Assembly (NCBI RefSeq): GCF_009914755.1
Contig: NC_060939.1
DNA from: the human T2T-CHM13v2.0 reference genome, Homo sapiens
Reading direction: 5' to 3' (one strand)
DNA: 64,000 bases
The notes beneath the pieces were generated by a model, which saw only the letters and a list, made by a program, of their open reading frames with translations, searched no databases and was not told where the DNA came from. Positions 42,591 through 55,499 of the stretch are shown here, one piece after another. The first letter of the stretch is position 1, and each line of letters starts with the position of its first letter. The translations under genes and the position numbers were made by a program.

Positions 42591-43957
42591 AATTCTTTAA
42601 TGATCTATGATATTGAGCATCTTTTCATATGCTTATTTGCCCTTTGTGTATCTTTAGTGAGGTGTCCAGATTTTGCCCACTTTTTAACTAGGTTTTTTTT
42701 TTCTTATTGTTGTGTTTTCAGTGTTTTTTGTATATGTTGGATATATTGATATATTTTTTGCATATATGTATATGTCGGTGTATTTTAGTGATGTAAAATG
42801 AATGGAATCTATAGCCTTAAACATAATAAAAATATATAATAGTTAAGATTTCCCACTCAACAATCCAGGCTTGACAGAAAATCATAAAATGTATTTAAAT
42901 TTAAATGTTTTTTTCTTTGTTGATACTAGTTCTTAGTTTTAACATGCCAAAGAGGGTATATTTGATCAAGGACAAGATTAAATGTTCTGATTGGCTAACC
43001 ATCAAACCACTGCCTCCACTTTTTTTCCAACTTGAAAATAATATTTAGTTATCATGCTAGCACAGCCATATTAATATATACCCCTTCAAAACTTTAAATA
43101 TAAAGCTTTAAATGTTTCAGGAAAAAGAAATATTAATGATGCTGAGATTGGTGGGCATGGATTCTGTGTAGTGAGACACTAAAAAGTAATTTTTCAAATA
43201 GGAAAGTTAAAGCACTTTAAAATCACAAAGCTATTGGTAATTAAAAAAAGAATTAGTATCAATTTCTGAAATACAAGATTAGAGGGACACCTAAAATTAT
43301 GAAAGATTTTAGAGAATTTTTTTAAAAAGTAATTGCAATTTAGATCAAAGTTTCCCATTTTTCATTCCAAGTGTGATACAGGTTTAAATAATAAACAGAC
43401 AAAAAGGTTTAGATAAATTCATGAATTATTGAACCAGAGGATAAAAAATAGGGAAGCTATTTAGGGCATAGTCTCTAGTGTGTAAGGGTGACATCCTAAA
43501 TAATAAATTTGTGCTATTATTGACAATATTGCTGACAAGGCTAAATGGTCAATGTGCTTGACATATTGCCTGGTTTTTCATGTTCTATTGCATGAGCTGA
43601 TTCTCTCTCTCTTTTATTTATATTTTTGAACTCTACCATTATGCTATCATGGACATTATGTCAACAATTTGATGCATCTATGTAATATGCTTTAAATCTT
43701 TGGAAATAAATTTACTGGGTGCTACTTAATGTGAACAAACTTCTCTTAAGCACAAATGGAAATCCACAAAGAAAGACAGCCTCTTCTATTTGTTTTATGT
43801 GAGGCAACAGATACACTGTAGACAAAAAGACCAAGTATAATTAACTTATATTGGTAACTAACTTAATATCTGCATATTACATATTTTTCTATTATGTTTT
43901 CTGAGCAACTTCGTGGCTTCTGATTTGGAGGGTAGGATTTCATAGTTAATACCTCTG

Positions 43958-44304
<347 letters not shown>

Positions 44305-44581
44305 TGAAAGGAACATCACTCCCCACACTGCAAGTGAACAAAAGAGTGATAATGTTAATTTCTTTATTCTTGAGCTTTTCTTGAATAAAAGAGGGTTGTA
44401 GGACATGGAACAAAATAGACTAGAAAATAGGGTTGATAAGCTACTGATTCTGCCAACACTGCTTAATGCTCTTCCCAAGCAATTGTCTTTTAGATATGTT
44501 GATTTCCCAGTGTTAATGGTATTTTTTAAATATGTCAAGCAATTAGGAATATAAGTCTATTCTCATCTCAGTTAAACGTAG

Positions 44582-45138
<557 letters not shown>

Positions 45139-45552
45139 ATCCCCTTTGTAAAGTGCAGTAAAGAAACAGTGGGCAATAGACAGGCAGGGGATAGAGGAAA
45201 ATGTTTTGGGAGAGGGGCAATATGAACTTATTGTCATGACTGGACCAAAAAGGGAAGATGTCTGCCTATCATAATTAATAATAACTCTATCAGTCAACAT
45301 TTATGTTTTACAATTGTTCTGTAAAAGAAAAGCCAGCAAACATTACAGATTCCAGTCCCTAATAACTGATCATGAAAGACACTCTAAACTTGTGCATCAG
45401 CATTCTCTTTTTATCTAAAAGAAAATATATTAAATAAAGGGAGGAATGGCAGGAGTAAAGAGACTTGAAGGAAAAGAAAATATTGACTTCTTAATGATAT
45501 TTTACAATGCTAAGATCTTTAGAAACCAACTATTCCATATGTCTTTTAAATA

Positions 45553-45631
45553 TTAGGTTGGTGCAAAGGTAATTACAGTTTTTGTCATAAAAGTAATGGC
45601 AAAAGCCACAATTACTTTTGCACCAACCTAA
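45553..45631. mobile_element. MADE1 (Hsmar1-derived MITE)
   Basis: ttaggttggtgcaaa...tttgcaccaacctaa inverted termini, ~80 bp, preceded by TA. Confidence 0.95.
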
Positions 45632-46972
45632 CTGATACATTTATTCCATTTTGGAGGTATTGCAAATATGTTGAATCAATGAATTTCTTCAGTATTTTTC
45701 ATTTTATTAGTACAAATTTAACCTAATAGTATTCTTCTGCATGTTATTTCCCTTTGTGCTTCCTTTACTGCAATGAAGTTGTAGTTACCAAATAGAGTGC
45801 TCTAAAAGGGCAAGGCTTGTCTGTGAATTAAGCCTAGCATAGAATTGGCTCTCAGTGAAGATGTGTTGAACGTTACATGAATGCATCAACATCATAATCC
45901 TTCATGTGCTTGTAAGCAATTATTAAAATTTTCTCTAGCCTATTCAGGCCTGTGTTCTTCAAAATTCTTCAAAATATATGGACGTGTTTGCTGTTTCTAT
46001 TAGGTTTTAACTTCTGGTGTCAGAAACCAGGGCTGTTTTTCTTAATTTGTGTCCTAAAACCACAGTAGGGTTGTATGCATTGTGATAATGCTTAATAAAT
46101 ATATAAAAGATTAATATCCATTCATTTGCATTTTCTTAATAAAACCCAATTTCTAGATGAGTAGCTGTGAAACTCTCAACTGGACGAGCTCTGACTAGTG
46201 TTAAGTATAGTATATTGGGAAAAGGGCTTCTATATGCAACATATATGTGAGGCAAATGACAAATATTAGCTGGGCTACATTAAATCCCAATGACATGAAT
46301 AGAAATTTTATTATCCAGGTAGCAAAAATGAAGTAAAAAAAATAAATAAGAGAATGAAGTGAAGGTATGGGGCAAAACAATTAGTTTTTTCTTTAAGTCA
46401 ATATTTTAGAAAATAGTTTTTGAAGGCCCAATCACACAGATAATTGACACTTTGACTTTTCTTTGCACTGTGTTAGACATAGGTAAAAGAATGTCTCAGG
46501 ACTGTACCTTCATGTAGAAAATGTAATTAATAGCAAATTGCATAAAAGTACATTAAAATTTTAATTATTACATCATTTTAATACATATCTTGAGATTTTA
46601 CTTTATTTAGTGTGTCATTAAAACACAGGATTTAAGGAAGATATATATAATAAAGGAAAATAGTAAGTTACCATTCTTGTGTAAACACATTTTGTAAATA
46701 CTATTTCAACAAAGATTTAAAAGTTAATTACAAAGGTATAAAGTTATGAAGTATTATATAAACAGGATTCATAATTTTGTTTTAAATGGTCTTTTAATGT
46801 ATCAAAATACTATCAGTTTAAAACAATCTTTTTTTTAAGGCAGTAGGCTCTGTTTACCATCATTTACACTTGCTTTAATTAGAATTTTCTTCACTTTCAG
46901 TATATTCAAGAGCTATTCTGTTGGCAATAATTTTTAAGATAAAGTTTATCCAAATAGAAAAGTAATTATATA

Positions 46973-47205
46973 ATGATTAAGAGCCAGAATGTCTGGGTTC
47001 AAATTCCAGTTCTGCTACTTATCAGGTATAAGAATTTGGGCAAATTTCTTAGTTTCTCTGTGCTTCAGTTTCCTGATCTGTAAAACTGGGATAACAAGAC
47101 TACCTGTCTCAATCTGTGGTTATGAGTAAATGAGTTAATACATAAGAGCAATGCAATAATCCTTGGCATGTGGTATGAGTTCAATAAACATTAGCTATTA
47201 TTATT
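46973..47205 (+). mobile_element. MIR SINE
   Basis: ctgggttcaaattccag...cagtttcctgatctgtaaaa...caataaacattagctattatt. Confidence 0.88.
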
Positions 47206-47506
47206 ATAGTAAATTAGAAATTTAATTCTAGAGAATAAAAAGCTGAACTCAAATATGTAACTATTTATTTGATACAGACACATTTTCTACAAAATAAAAA
47301 ACCATCGGTTTGCACTTCCCTTATATAATGACTATCTTGGTGTTTGTGTGTATCTGTTGTGGGTCAGGGGTCTTGGGCTGAGTAAATAATCACATTAAAA
47401 ATTTTAAAAACTTCCGATTAAAACAGAAATAAGAACAAATGGCCATTCGTGGATCATTTGCAAAACTGAACGAATATTTGACATGTCTTTCTGTGATTCC
47501 TTGCAG

Positions 47507-47610
47507 ATATCATGGAAATCAGGACAGTGGCAGTTGGAATTGTGGCAATCAAAGGGGTGGAAAGTGAATTCTATCTTGCAATGAACAAGGAAGGAAAACT
47601 CTATGCAAAG
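47507..47610 (+). CDS. FGF7: FGF7 (KGF) penultimate coding exon, 104 nt
   Basis: Acceptor ttccttgcag|AT and donor AAG|gtattg. Translates (N)[34 protein letters not shown], matching human FGF7; 104 nt is the typical length of the middle exon in FGF genes. Confidence 0.98.
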
Positions 47611-48665
47611 GTATTGATAATTGATAGCTTAGGCTTAATTTTTAAAACTCATTTTTGTCAAAATATCTCACCTTTCTGAAAAGTAAAAATGGAATTAATT
47701 TATCTCCAACTGTATAATTTAATGATTTTATTAAAACACTTTATACTCAAACGTTAAGAAAAAATGTTTTCTGTGTGACTTTGGACAAATGGCTTGTTCT
47801 TTGGATTTTGGTTTCTTCATCTGTAAAATGAGTTGAATTAACTGACCTCTAAGGATCCTTCCAGCTCTAAAATTCCATGTGCATTTTAGATATTTAAAAT
47901 CCAAAATTTCCATTTTCCAGTATTAAAGCTCTTTTTGTTAAAGTTCACCCAATTTGCACATTGCTGACATGAAAATTCTTGGGAAAAAATCTTGAAATGT
48001 TTAGTTCATTCATCAACATCAATCTCACAATCATGGGCATTGAAATGTAATTATTCACATTGTCCCCACTTCACTACAATGCAAAATATGTAACAGTTCA
48101 TCCCACCATAATAAAATATAATTGGCTTTCCTTTGTATTCCCACAGCTAGGCATAATGATACAGGTTTAATTGAATGAACAAATGGTTGCATGGATGAAC
48201 AAACAAATTAACCTTTTATCTTCCATTACCATTGAAGACAATGTAGAAGTAAATAAAGTTGTGAAACAAGTCTCTCACCTGAGGGAGGCAGAGGTTCTGC
48301 TAATTATACCAAATTTCCAGTGGTTAAAGAATGAGTGATGTGGGAATAAGTAATATGAGGCCTGTTACTTAGGGGGAAATAGGTCCTAATTTAAAGAATA
48401 GTTGACATGAACTTCCAAAAAGCTACACATATTTCATAACTAGCTGTGTATTATGTGGTGTTTTTATTTCAAATTTAAGATACCTTTTTATGCAAATATA
48501 CTACATAAGTATAGCTAATAAACCACATTAGGCCTGCTCAATCTGAGGGTTAAAAAAAGTTGTGTATGTTTCAATTCTACCAAATATTACCTGCTTACTC
48601 TTCGTTTAATTGAGCCTCTCTAAAAATCATTTGGATAATGTCTGTTTGTTTGTTTGTTTTAACAG
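47611..48665 (+). other. FGF7: FGF7 last intron (1055 nt, GT-AG)
   Basis: gt at 47611-47612, ag at 48664-48665. Confidence 0.95.
47770..47875 (+). mobile_element. MIRc/MIR3-like core in the FGF7 last intron
   Basis: tgtgtgactttggacaa...gtttcttcatctgtaaaatgag...ccttccagctct. Confidence 0.7.
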
Positions 48666-48860
48666 AAAGAATGCAATGAAGATTGTAACTTCAAAGAACT
48701 AATTCTGGAAAACCATTACAACACATATGCATCAGCTAAATGGACACACAACGGAGGGGAAATGTTTGTTGCCTTAAATCAAAAGGGGATTCCTGTAAGA
48801 GGAAAAAAAACGAAGAAAGAACAAAAAACAGCCCACTTTCTTCCTATGGCAATAACTTAA
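48666..48860 (+). CDS. FGF7: FGF7 last coding exon (CDS part)
   Basis: Acceptor (gttt)n-taacag|AAA. Translates [64 protein letters not shown], with TAA at 48858-48860; in frame with the previous exon and no lesions. Confidence 0.98.
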   Translation, partial: KECNEDCNFKELILENHYNTYASAKWTHNGGEMFVALNQKGIPVRGKKTKKEQKTAHFLPMAIT

Positions 48861-49502
48861 TTGCATATGGTATATAAAGAACCAGTTCCAGCAGGGAGAT
48901 TTCTTTAAGTGGACTGTTTTCTTTCTTCTCAAAATTTTCTTTCCTTTTATTTTTTAGTAATCAAGAAAGGCTGGAAAACTACTGAAAAACTGATCAAGCT
49001 GGACTTGTGCATTTATGTTTGTTTTAAGACACTGCATTAAAGAAAGATTTGAAAAGTATACACAAAAATCAGATTTAGTAACTAAAGGTTGTAAAAAATT
49101 GTAAAACTGGTTGTACAATCATGATGTTAGTAACAGTAATTTTTTTCTTAAATTAATTTACCCTTAAGAGTATGTTAGATTTGATTATCTGATAATGATT
49201 ATTTAAATATTCCTATCTGCTTATAAAATGGCTGCTATAATAATAATAATACAGATGTTGTTATATAAGGTATATCAGACCTACAGGCTTCTGGCAGGAT
49301 TTGTCAGATAATCAAGCCACACTAACTATGGAAAATGAGCAGCATTTTAAATGCTTTCTAGTGAAAAATTATAATCTACTTAAACTCTAATCAGAAAAAA
49401 AATTCTCAAAAAAACTATTATGAAAGTCAATAAAATAGATAATTTAACAAAAGTACAGGATTAGAACATGCTTATACCTATAAATAAGAACAAAATTTCT
49501 AA

Positions 49503-49509
49503 TGCTGCT
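49503..49509 (+). promoter_or_regulatory. miR-15/16/195 family seed match TGCTGCT (also GCTGCTA 49231-49237 and TGCTGCT 52671-52677)
   Basis: Exact seed complements in the 3' UTR. Confidence 0.5.
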
Positions 49510-49761
49510 CAAGTGGAAAGGGTATTGCTAAAAGGATGTTTCCAAAAATCTTGTATATAAGATAGCAACAGTGATTGATGATAATACTGTACTTCATCTT
49601 ACTTGCCACAAAATAACATTTTATAAATCCTCAAAGTAAAATTGAGAAATCTTTAAGTTTTTTTCAAGTAACATAATCTATCTTTGTATAATTCATATTT
49701 GGGAATATGGCTTTTAATAATGTTCTTCCCACAAATAATCATGCTTTTTTCCTATGGTTAC

Positions 49762-49769
49762 AGCATTAA
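49762..49769 (+). promoter_or_regulatory. miR-155-5p 8mer seed match (AGCATTAA); second 7mer-A1 GCATTAA at 49034-49040
   Basis: Exact seed complement; FGF7 is a reported miR-155 target in fibroblasts. Confidence 0.65.
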
Positions 49770-49770
49770 A
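49765..49770 (+). terminator. Candidate proximal poly(A) signal ATTAAA
   Basis: Followed by a U/GU-rich tract (ttttaagttgtttttgaactttattgttttgtt). Confidence 0.4.
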
Positions 49771-51653
49771 CTCTATTTTAAGTTGTTTTTGAACTTTATT
49801 GTTTTGTTATTTAAGTTTATGTTATTTATAAAAAAAAAACCTTAATAAGCTGTATCTGTTTCATATGCTTTTAATTTTAAAGGAATAACAAAACTGTCTG
49901 GCTCAACGGCAAGTTTCCCTCCCTTTTCTGACTGACACTAAGTCTAGCACACAGCACTTGGGCCAGCAAATCCTGGAAGGCAGACAAAAATAAGAGCCTG
50001 AAGCAATGCTTACAATAGATGTCTCACACAGAACAATACAAATATGTAAAAAATCTTTCACCACATATTCTTGCCAATTAATTGGATCATATAAGTAAAA
50101 TCATTACAAATATAAGTATTTACAGGATTTTAAAGTTAGAATATATTTGAATGCATGGGTAGAAAATATCATATTTTAAAACTATGTATATTTAAATTTA
50201 GTAATTTTCTAATCTCTAGAAATCTCTGCTGTTCAAAAGGTGGCAGCACTGAAAGTTGTTTTCCTGTTAGATGGCAAGAGCACAATGCCCAAAATAGAAG
50301 ATGCAGTTAAGAATAAGGGGCCCTGAATGTCATGAAGGCTTGAGGTCAGCCTACAGATAACAGGATTATTACAAGGATGAATTTCCACTTCAAAAGTCTT
50401 TCATTGGCAGATCTTGGTAGCACTTTATATGTTCACCAATGGGAGGTCAATATTTATCTAATTTAAAAGGTATGCTAACCACTGTGGTTTTAATTTCAAA
50501 ATATTTGTCATTCAAGTCCCTTTACATAAATAGTATTTGGTAATACATTTATAGATGAGAGTTATATGAAAAGGCTAGGTCAACAAAAACAATAGATTCA
50601 TTTAATTTTCCTGTGGTTGACCTATACGACCAGGATGTAGAAAACTAGAAAGAACTGCCCTTCCTCAGATATACTCTTGGGAGAGAGCATGAATGGTATT
50701 CTGAACTATCACCTGATTCAAGGACTTTGCTAGCTAGGTTTTGAGGTCAGGCTTCAGTAACTGTAGTCTTGTGAGCATATTGAGGGCAGAGGAGGACTTA
50801 GTTTTTCATATGTGTTTCCTTAGTGCCTAGCAGACTATCTGTTCATAATCAGTTTTCAGTGTGAATTCACTGAATGTTTATAGACAAAAGAAAATACACA
50901 CTAAAACTAATCTTCATTTTAAAAGGGTAAAACATGACTATACAGAAATTTAAATAGAAATAGTGTATATACATATAAAATACAAGCTATGTTAGGACCA
51001 AATGCTCTTTGTCTATGGAGTTATACTTCCATCAAATTACATAGCAATGCTGAATTAGGCAAAACCAACATTTAGTGGTAAATCCATTCCTGGTAGTATA
51101 AGTCACCTAAAAAAGACTTCTAGAAATATGTACTTTAATTATTTGTTTTTCTCCTATTTTTAAATTTATTATGCAAATTTTAGAAAATAAAATTTGCTCT
51201 AGTTACACACCTTTAGAATTCTAGAATATTAAAACTGTAAGGGGCCTCCATCCCTCTTACTCATTTGTAGTCTAGGAAATTGAGATTTTGATACACCTAA
51301 GGTCACGCAGCTGGGTAGATATACAGCTGTCACAAGAGTCTAGATCAGTTAGCACATGCTTTCTACTCTTCGATTATTAGTATTATTAGCTAATGGTCTT
51401 TGGCATGTTTTTGTTTTTTATTTCTGTTGAGATATAGCCTTTACATTTGTACACAAATGTGACTATGTCTTGGCAATGCACTTCATACACAATGACTAAT
51501 CTATACTGTGATGATTTGACTCAAAAGGAGAAAAGAAATTATGTAGTTTTCAATTCTGATTCCTATTCACCTTTTGTTTATGAATGGAAAGCTTTGTGCA
51601 AAATATACATATAAGCAGAGTAAGCCTTTTAAAAATGTTCTTTGAAAGATAAA

Positions 51654-51659
51654 ATTAAA
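51654..51659 (+). terminator. Candidate poly(A) signal ATTAAA (other hexamers: AATAAA at 49429, 51186, 51791)
   Basis: Hexamer in the UTR; the A-rich tract ~22 nt downstream could also cause oligo-dT internal priming. Confidence 0.45.
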
Positions 51660-53076
51660 TACATGAGTTTCTAACAATTAGAAAAGAAAAAATTAAAACA
51701 TGAAATGATAACAAAAGTAAACAAAAGATACTTTCAAAGCAGTGAACAAAACATTTTGACATAAGCCATAATATAAATTATAATATAAAAAATAAAAACC
51801 ATAGTATAAATTGTCAGCCTTTGAGTTGGCTACAAATTCAATTTAATGACAGAAGAGAAGGGATGCTGGAGGTAAATTCTTAGGGTTTCTATCTCATAGA
51901 GTTTGCTCTTCTGGTTCTCTAGACTGCCAAAGAACATAAAGATGTGTGAGGGGACCTAGCTGTAGTAAAAGCAATCCTATAACAAGAAAAACTCTAAAAC
52001 AGTGCCCCTTACGATTTTCTACTGAAATTTCTCTAATAGTAGAGGTGTAAAATAAGAAGTTAGAGAATAATGCAAAGGGGGCCCACCACAGACGGAACAT
52101 TTCTTTTCTCTTAAGACTCATGTGATTTTTGCATCTTACTCCATAATATATTTGTGGTTGCGTTAATATGACAATGTCTGCAATTAAACACCAGTAAGCA
52201 AAATTGATACATCAGAATGACTTGCAGGGCTTATCATGCAGTTTGGTTTACATCCCTACTCCACTGCCATTTACTTGAGCGTGAATGAGACACAAAAGAT
52301 TATTTGCCTCCCATAATCCAACTTTACACATAAATAACACAAGGCTAAAGAAAACCAGAACTCAAATTCACCACGCATAGGAGTGATAACAAAAATATTT
52401 AACAGTCAGTATGGGTGATTACTGGCCAATCAGAATACATCACTGATACATCGAAATGGATGCAGGCCACTATGACTAACTTGTGGGTATCATTTCTATG
52501 ATCACCCTAAAACAGAGTTGGGAAAATATCTATTAACTGGTCTCTCTGGTTTGAATTCTCAATATGTATCTTAATATGAAATAGCTCATTAAAACTTCAT
52601 GTGTAACTATTTCAGCATTGTTGTCAGCTACTCTTTATTCCACTTCTGTACAGTATTTATTCAACCAAGCTGCTGCTTTCAATGAAGGTCACTTGTTCCT
52701 TCAGGGACACATATACTCCCACCTATCCTTTAATTTTGAATGGTTTGTCAGGAAAATTTACTTTCTCTTGAGTTGAAAAACTTGACAGGAAGCAAGAAAT
52801 AATACAGTCCTAGCCTCTTTCCAATAACATCTGATTTCTCCATTCTCAAACTACACTTCTCAAGGAACCAGATATTTACTCTCATCTGGGAAGATGCCTC
52901 TTATGTTTTCCTTTTACTTCCTGGTTATCATGTGGTTGCATTTTCCAAGTTCTTATCATTGAATTTATGAGAGCCTATCAAAATTTATTTTCTTTCATTT
53001 ATATTCTAATAATTGAAATGTGAGATGAAAATAACATTTCACTTATGAAAAACCCTTCTCTTGATGAATCCTTCCA

Positions 53077-53568
53077 TGTGTTAGTTATCTATTGCTGTGT
53101 AACAAATTAAAACTTAATGGCTTGAAACAAATATTTGTTTTCTCATAGTTTATGTGGCTCAGGAGCCTGGGCATGGTTCAGCACAGTGTTTTTGGTCAGA
53201 ATTCCTCATGAGGCTGCAGTCAAGGTGTAGACCAGGGCTGTAGTCATCTATCTCAATATTCAACTCAGAAAGGGATCCACCTTAGATCCTCACTGGCTGT
53301 TATCAGGACCTATCACTTCCTAACCACATGGACCTCTCCATAGCACTGCTTACAACATTACAGTCTGTTTCCCACGGAGCAAGAAATCAGAAAGTGTGAG
53401 ATGAAGTACCCAAAATGGAAGCCACAGGTTTGTTTTTTTATTTTAATATATATAGCCTAGTTTCAAAAGCGATGTTACCTCTGCCTACACTCATGAGGAG
53501 GGTATTATACAAGGGCATACATACCAGAAAGCAGGGATCACTGGAAGCCATTTTACAGGCTGCCTGAT
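53077..53568 (-). mobile_element. MaLR LTR, MLT1F-like
   Basis: tgtgttagttatctattgctgtgtaacaa...gaggctgcagtcaagg...gcagggatcactgg; homologous to 3271-3865. Confidence 0.88.
53106..53111 (+). terminator. Candidate distal poly(A) signal ATTAAA inside an antisense MLT1 LTR
   Basis: ATTAAA, a CA dinucleotide ~17 nt downstream (53128-53129), then U-rich atatttgttttctc. Confidence 0.5.
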
Positions 53569-54095
53569 CCAAGTCATAAACTAGGTGTTTTTAATGTCAC
53601 TGCCATAAACTGGGATTCTACAGGGTCTAATAAGAGTAATTCATGGCTTTCAGTGGGCATCCATTCATCAGAGAAAGAGATGAAATATGTATATTCTCTG
53701 TGGAAACATTCTTGATTCTTCCTTGAGGGATACTGCGTGGTCCATTCCTACAAAGGATAATTAACAAAAGGTTTGAACCAATCTGGACTTCCTCTTAGCC
53801 TGAGATGTGGCTACTTAGAACTCCCAATGTAGCTGCAAAACTAACAATATCCCTTTGCCTCCACATGAAGCAAATTACCCTGCCATCAGACTCAACATGA
53901 AGATAATCCTCCCTTTAGCTGCCCTACCTCAAGAGAATAAGATCATAGATGCCAGCTGGAATTCCTCTAGGCCATAGAGTGTTTTGTTCTAGATGCTGAA
54001 GGCAATCAGCCACCACTTACCCAAGACCATCTGAGAATAAGACCTAAAAAGACTTGAAAACAATTGATTTCAATGGTAGGTACACACTGGTATCC

Positions 54096-54273
54096 CCTGT
54101 TCTATATATATCTATAGATATATAGATATATACAGAACAGGAGATATATATATATATTTTATATATATATATATATTATATATATATATATATATTTTAT
54201 ATATATATATATTATATATATATATATATTTTATATATATATATTATATATATATATATTTTATATATATATA

Positions 54274-54342
<69 letters not shown>

Positions 54343-54365
54343 GAGACAGAGAGAGAGAGAGAGAC
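54096..54365 (+). repeat. Palindrome + interrupted (TA)n (~54144-54302) + (GA)n (~54303-54365)
   Basis: Directly visible. Confidence 0.95.
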
Positions 54366-54480
54366 ACCTAGGCCCCAACGCAGGCCAATTACATCAGTGT
54401 ATATGACAGGTGGCCCATGCAGTGGTATTTTAAAAATTCCCCAGAAGATTCTAATGTGCCTCTGCAGTTGAGAACTAATT
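54366..54480. mobile_element. MER5A fragment
   Basis: ggtattttaaaaattccccagaagattctaatgtgc...gttgagaact. Confidence 0.75.
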
Positions 54481-54729
54481 AGGTAAATGAAAACAACAAC
54501 AAAAACCAAAAAACCTCTTCAGAAACTATGCCTGCTTCTTCATCTTTGTCCCTTCTTTAAACACCTTGAAAGGTCTTATTCCCTCCCAGCCCCTCCTGCC
54601 CCTAGGTTTTCCTAGATGCCTCCATATTTCTGCTATTCACAACTGGGGCTCACAGGAAATGTAGACACTAGAAAGAGAGTTACAATTGTTTTTGCATCAG
54701 AATGATTATGGAATACAAAGTGCACAAAA

Positions 54730-54870
54730 GTTCTCCCTCCCCCACCACAGTCCATTCTCAAACAGAGCAGCCAAAGTGATTCTGTTAAAATATATTTCAG
54801 ATCATGCATCCTCTGTTTAAAATTGCAATTGTTTTCCATATTCTTCAGAATAGGAGCCTGTCCTTATAGT
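54730..54870 (+). mobile_element. L2 fragment
   Basis: cagtccattctcaaacagagcagccaaagtgattctgttaaaat...tcagatcatg. Confidence 0.75.
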
Positions 54871-55499
54871 GGCTAAGGAGTGGCAATGGAAGAAGGTGAG
54901 TAATTAAAAACTTTGCTGCTTAATTAGGTGGGCAAAACAACAAGAAAAAGTAATAAAAATCTAGAGAAATTATGCACTTAAGTTGTTTGGCAGATGTCAC
55001 TGAATTCTTAGTTCATTTTAAAGAAATGGATACTGGATACTATAGACAATATTTAATGGGTATAATCATTATTAGAATCATACTCAGAGGAAAGGGCATA
55101 GCTCTACATCGAAAAATGACGAATGTACCTTTTTATGTTTGAAGTAAATATATTTAGGGCATGTACATATCACCTTAATGATTCTCCACTTGACTGAAAT
55201 TTTTCCATTAATCAACCAATTAATAGATACAACCAGGCTAGATGAGAGGGCTTCTACTTTACTATCACTTCTTTATTATATATCTCCGATTGTTGATTAT
55301 TTTTGGTTATTTCAATTATTTTATGAAGATAAATATGAACAATTTATATATGTTTCTTTATATTTCTGATTTTCTTAGGACGATTACAGGAAATAAAATT
55401 GAAAAACTGATTTTCTGAAAGTTTTTTCCAGAATATATTCTAATCAGCAGTGCCGGAAGTAAATATTCTCACTTTTATACTCAAAATTTAGTCAGCTCT

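Larger units (their letters stand above)
48861..53131 (+). other. FGF7: FGF7 3' UTR (alternative ends likely; distal end inferred)
   Basis: Follows the stop codon; AU-rich with many ATTTA motifs (e.g. TTATTTAA ~49199, TTATTTATA 49822); several poly(A) hexamers; no recognisable interspersed repeat before 53077. Confidence 0.7.

Noticed and set aside
47507-47610. Alu-driven circRNA of the 104-nt exon
   Set aside because: No Alu in the downstream intron to pair with the upstream Alus.
48664-48669. Tandem acceptor cagAAAG
   Set aside because: The second AG is 4 nt downstream and would frameshift; not a NAGNAG.
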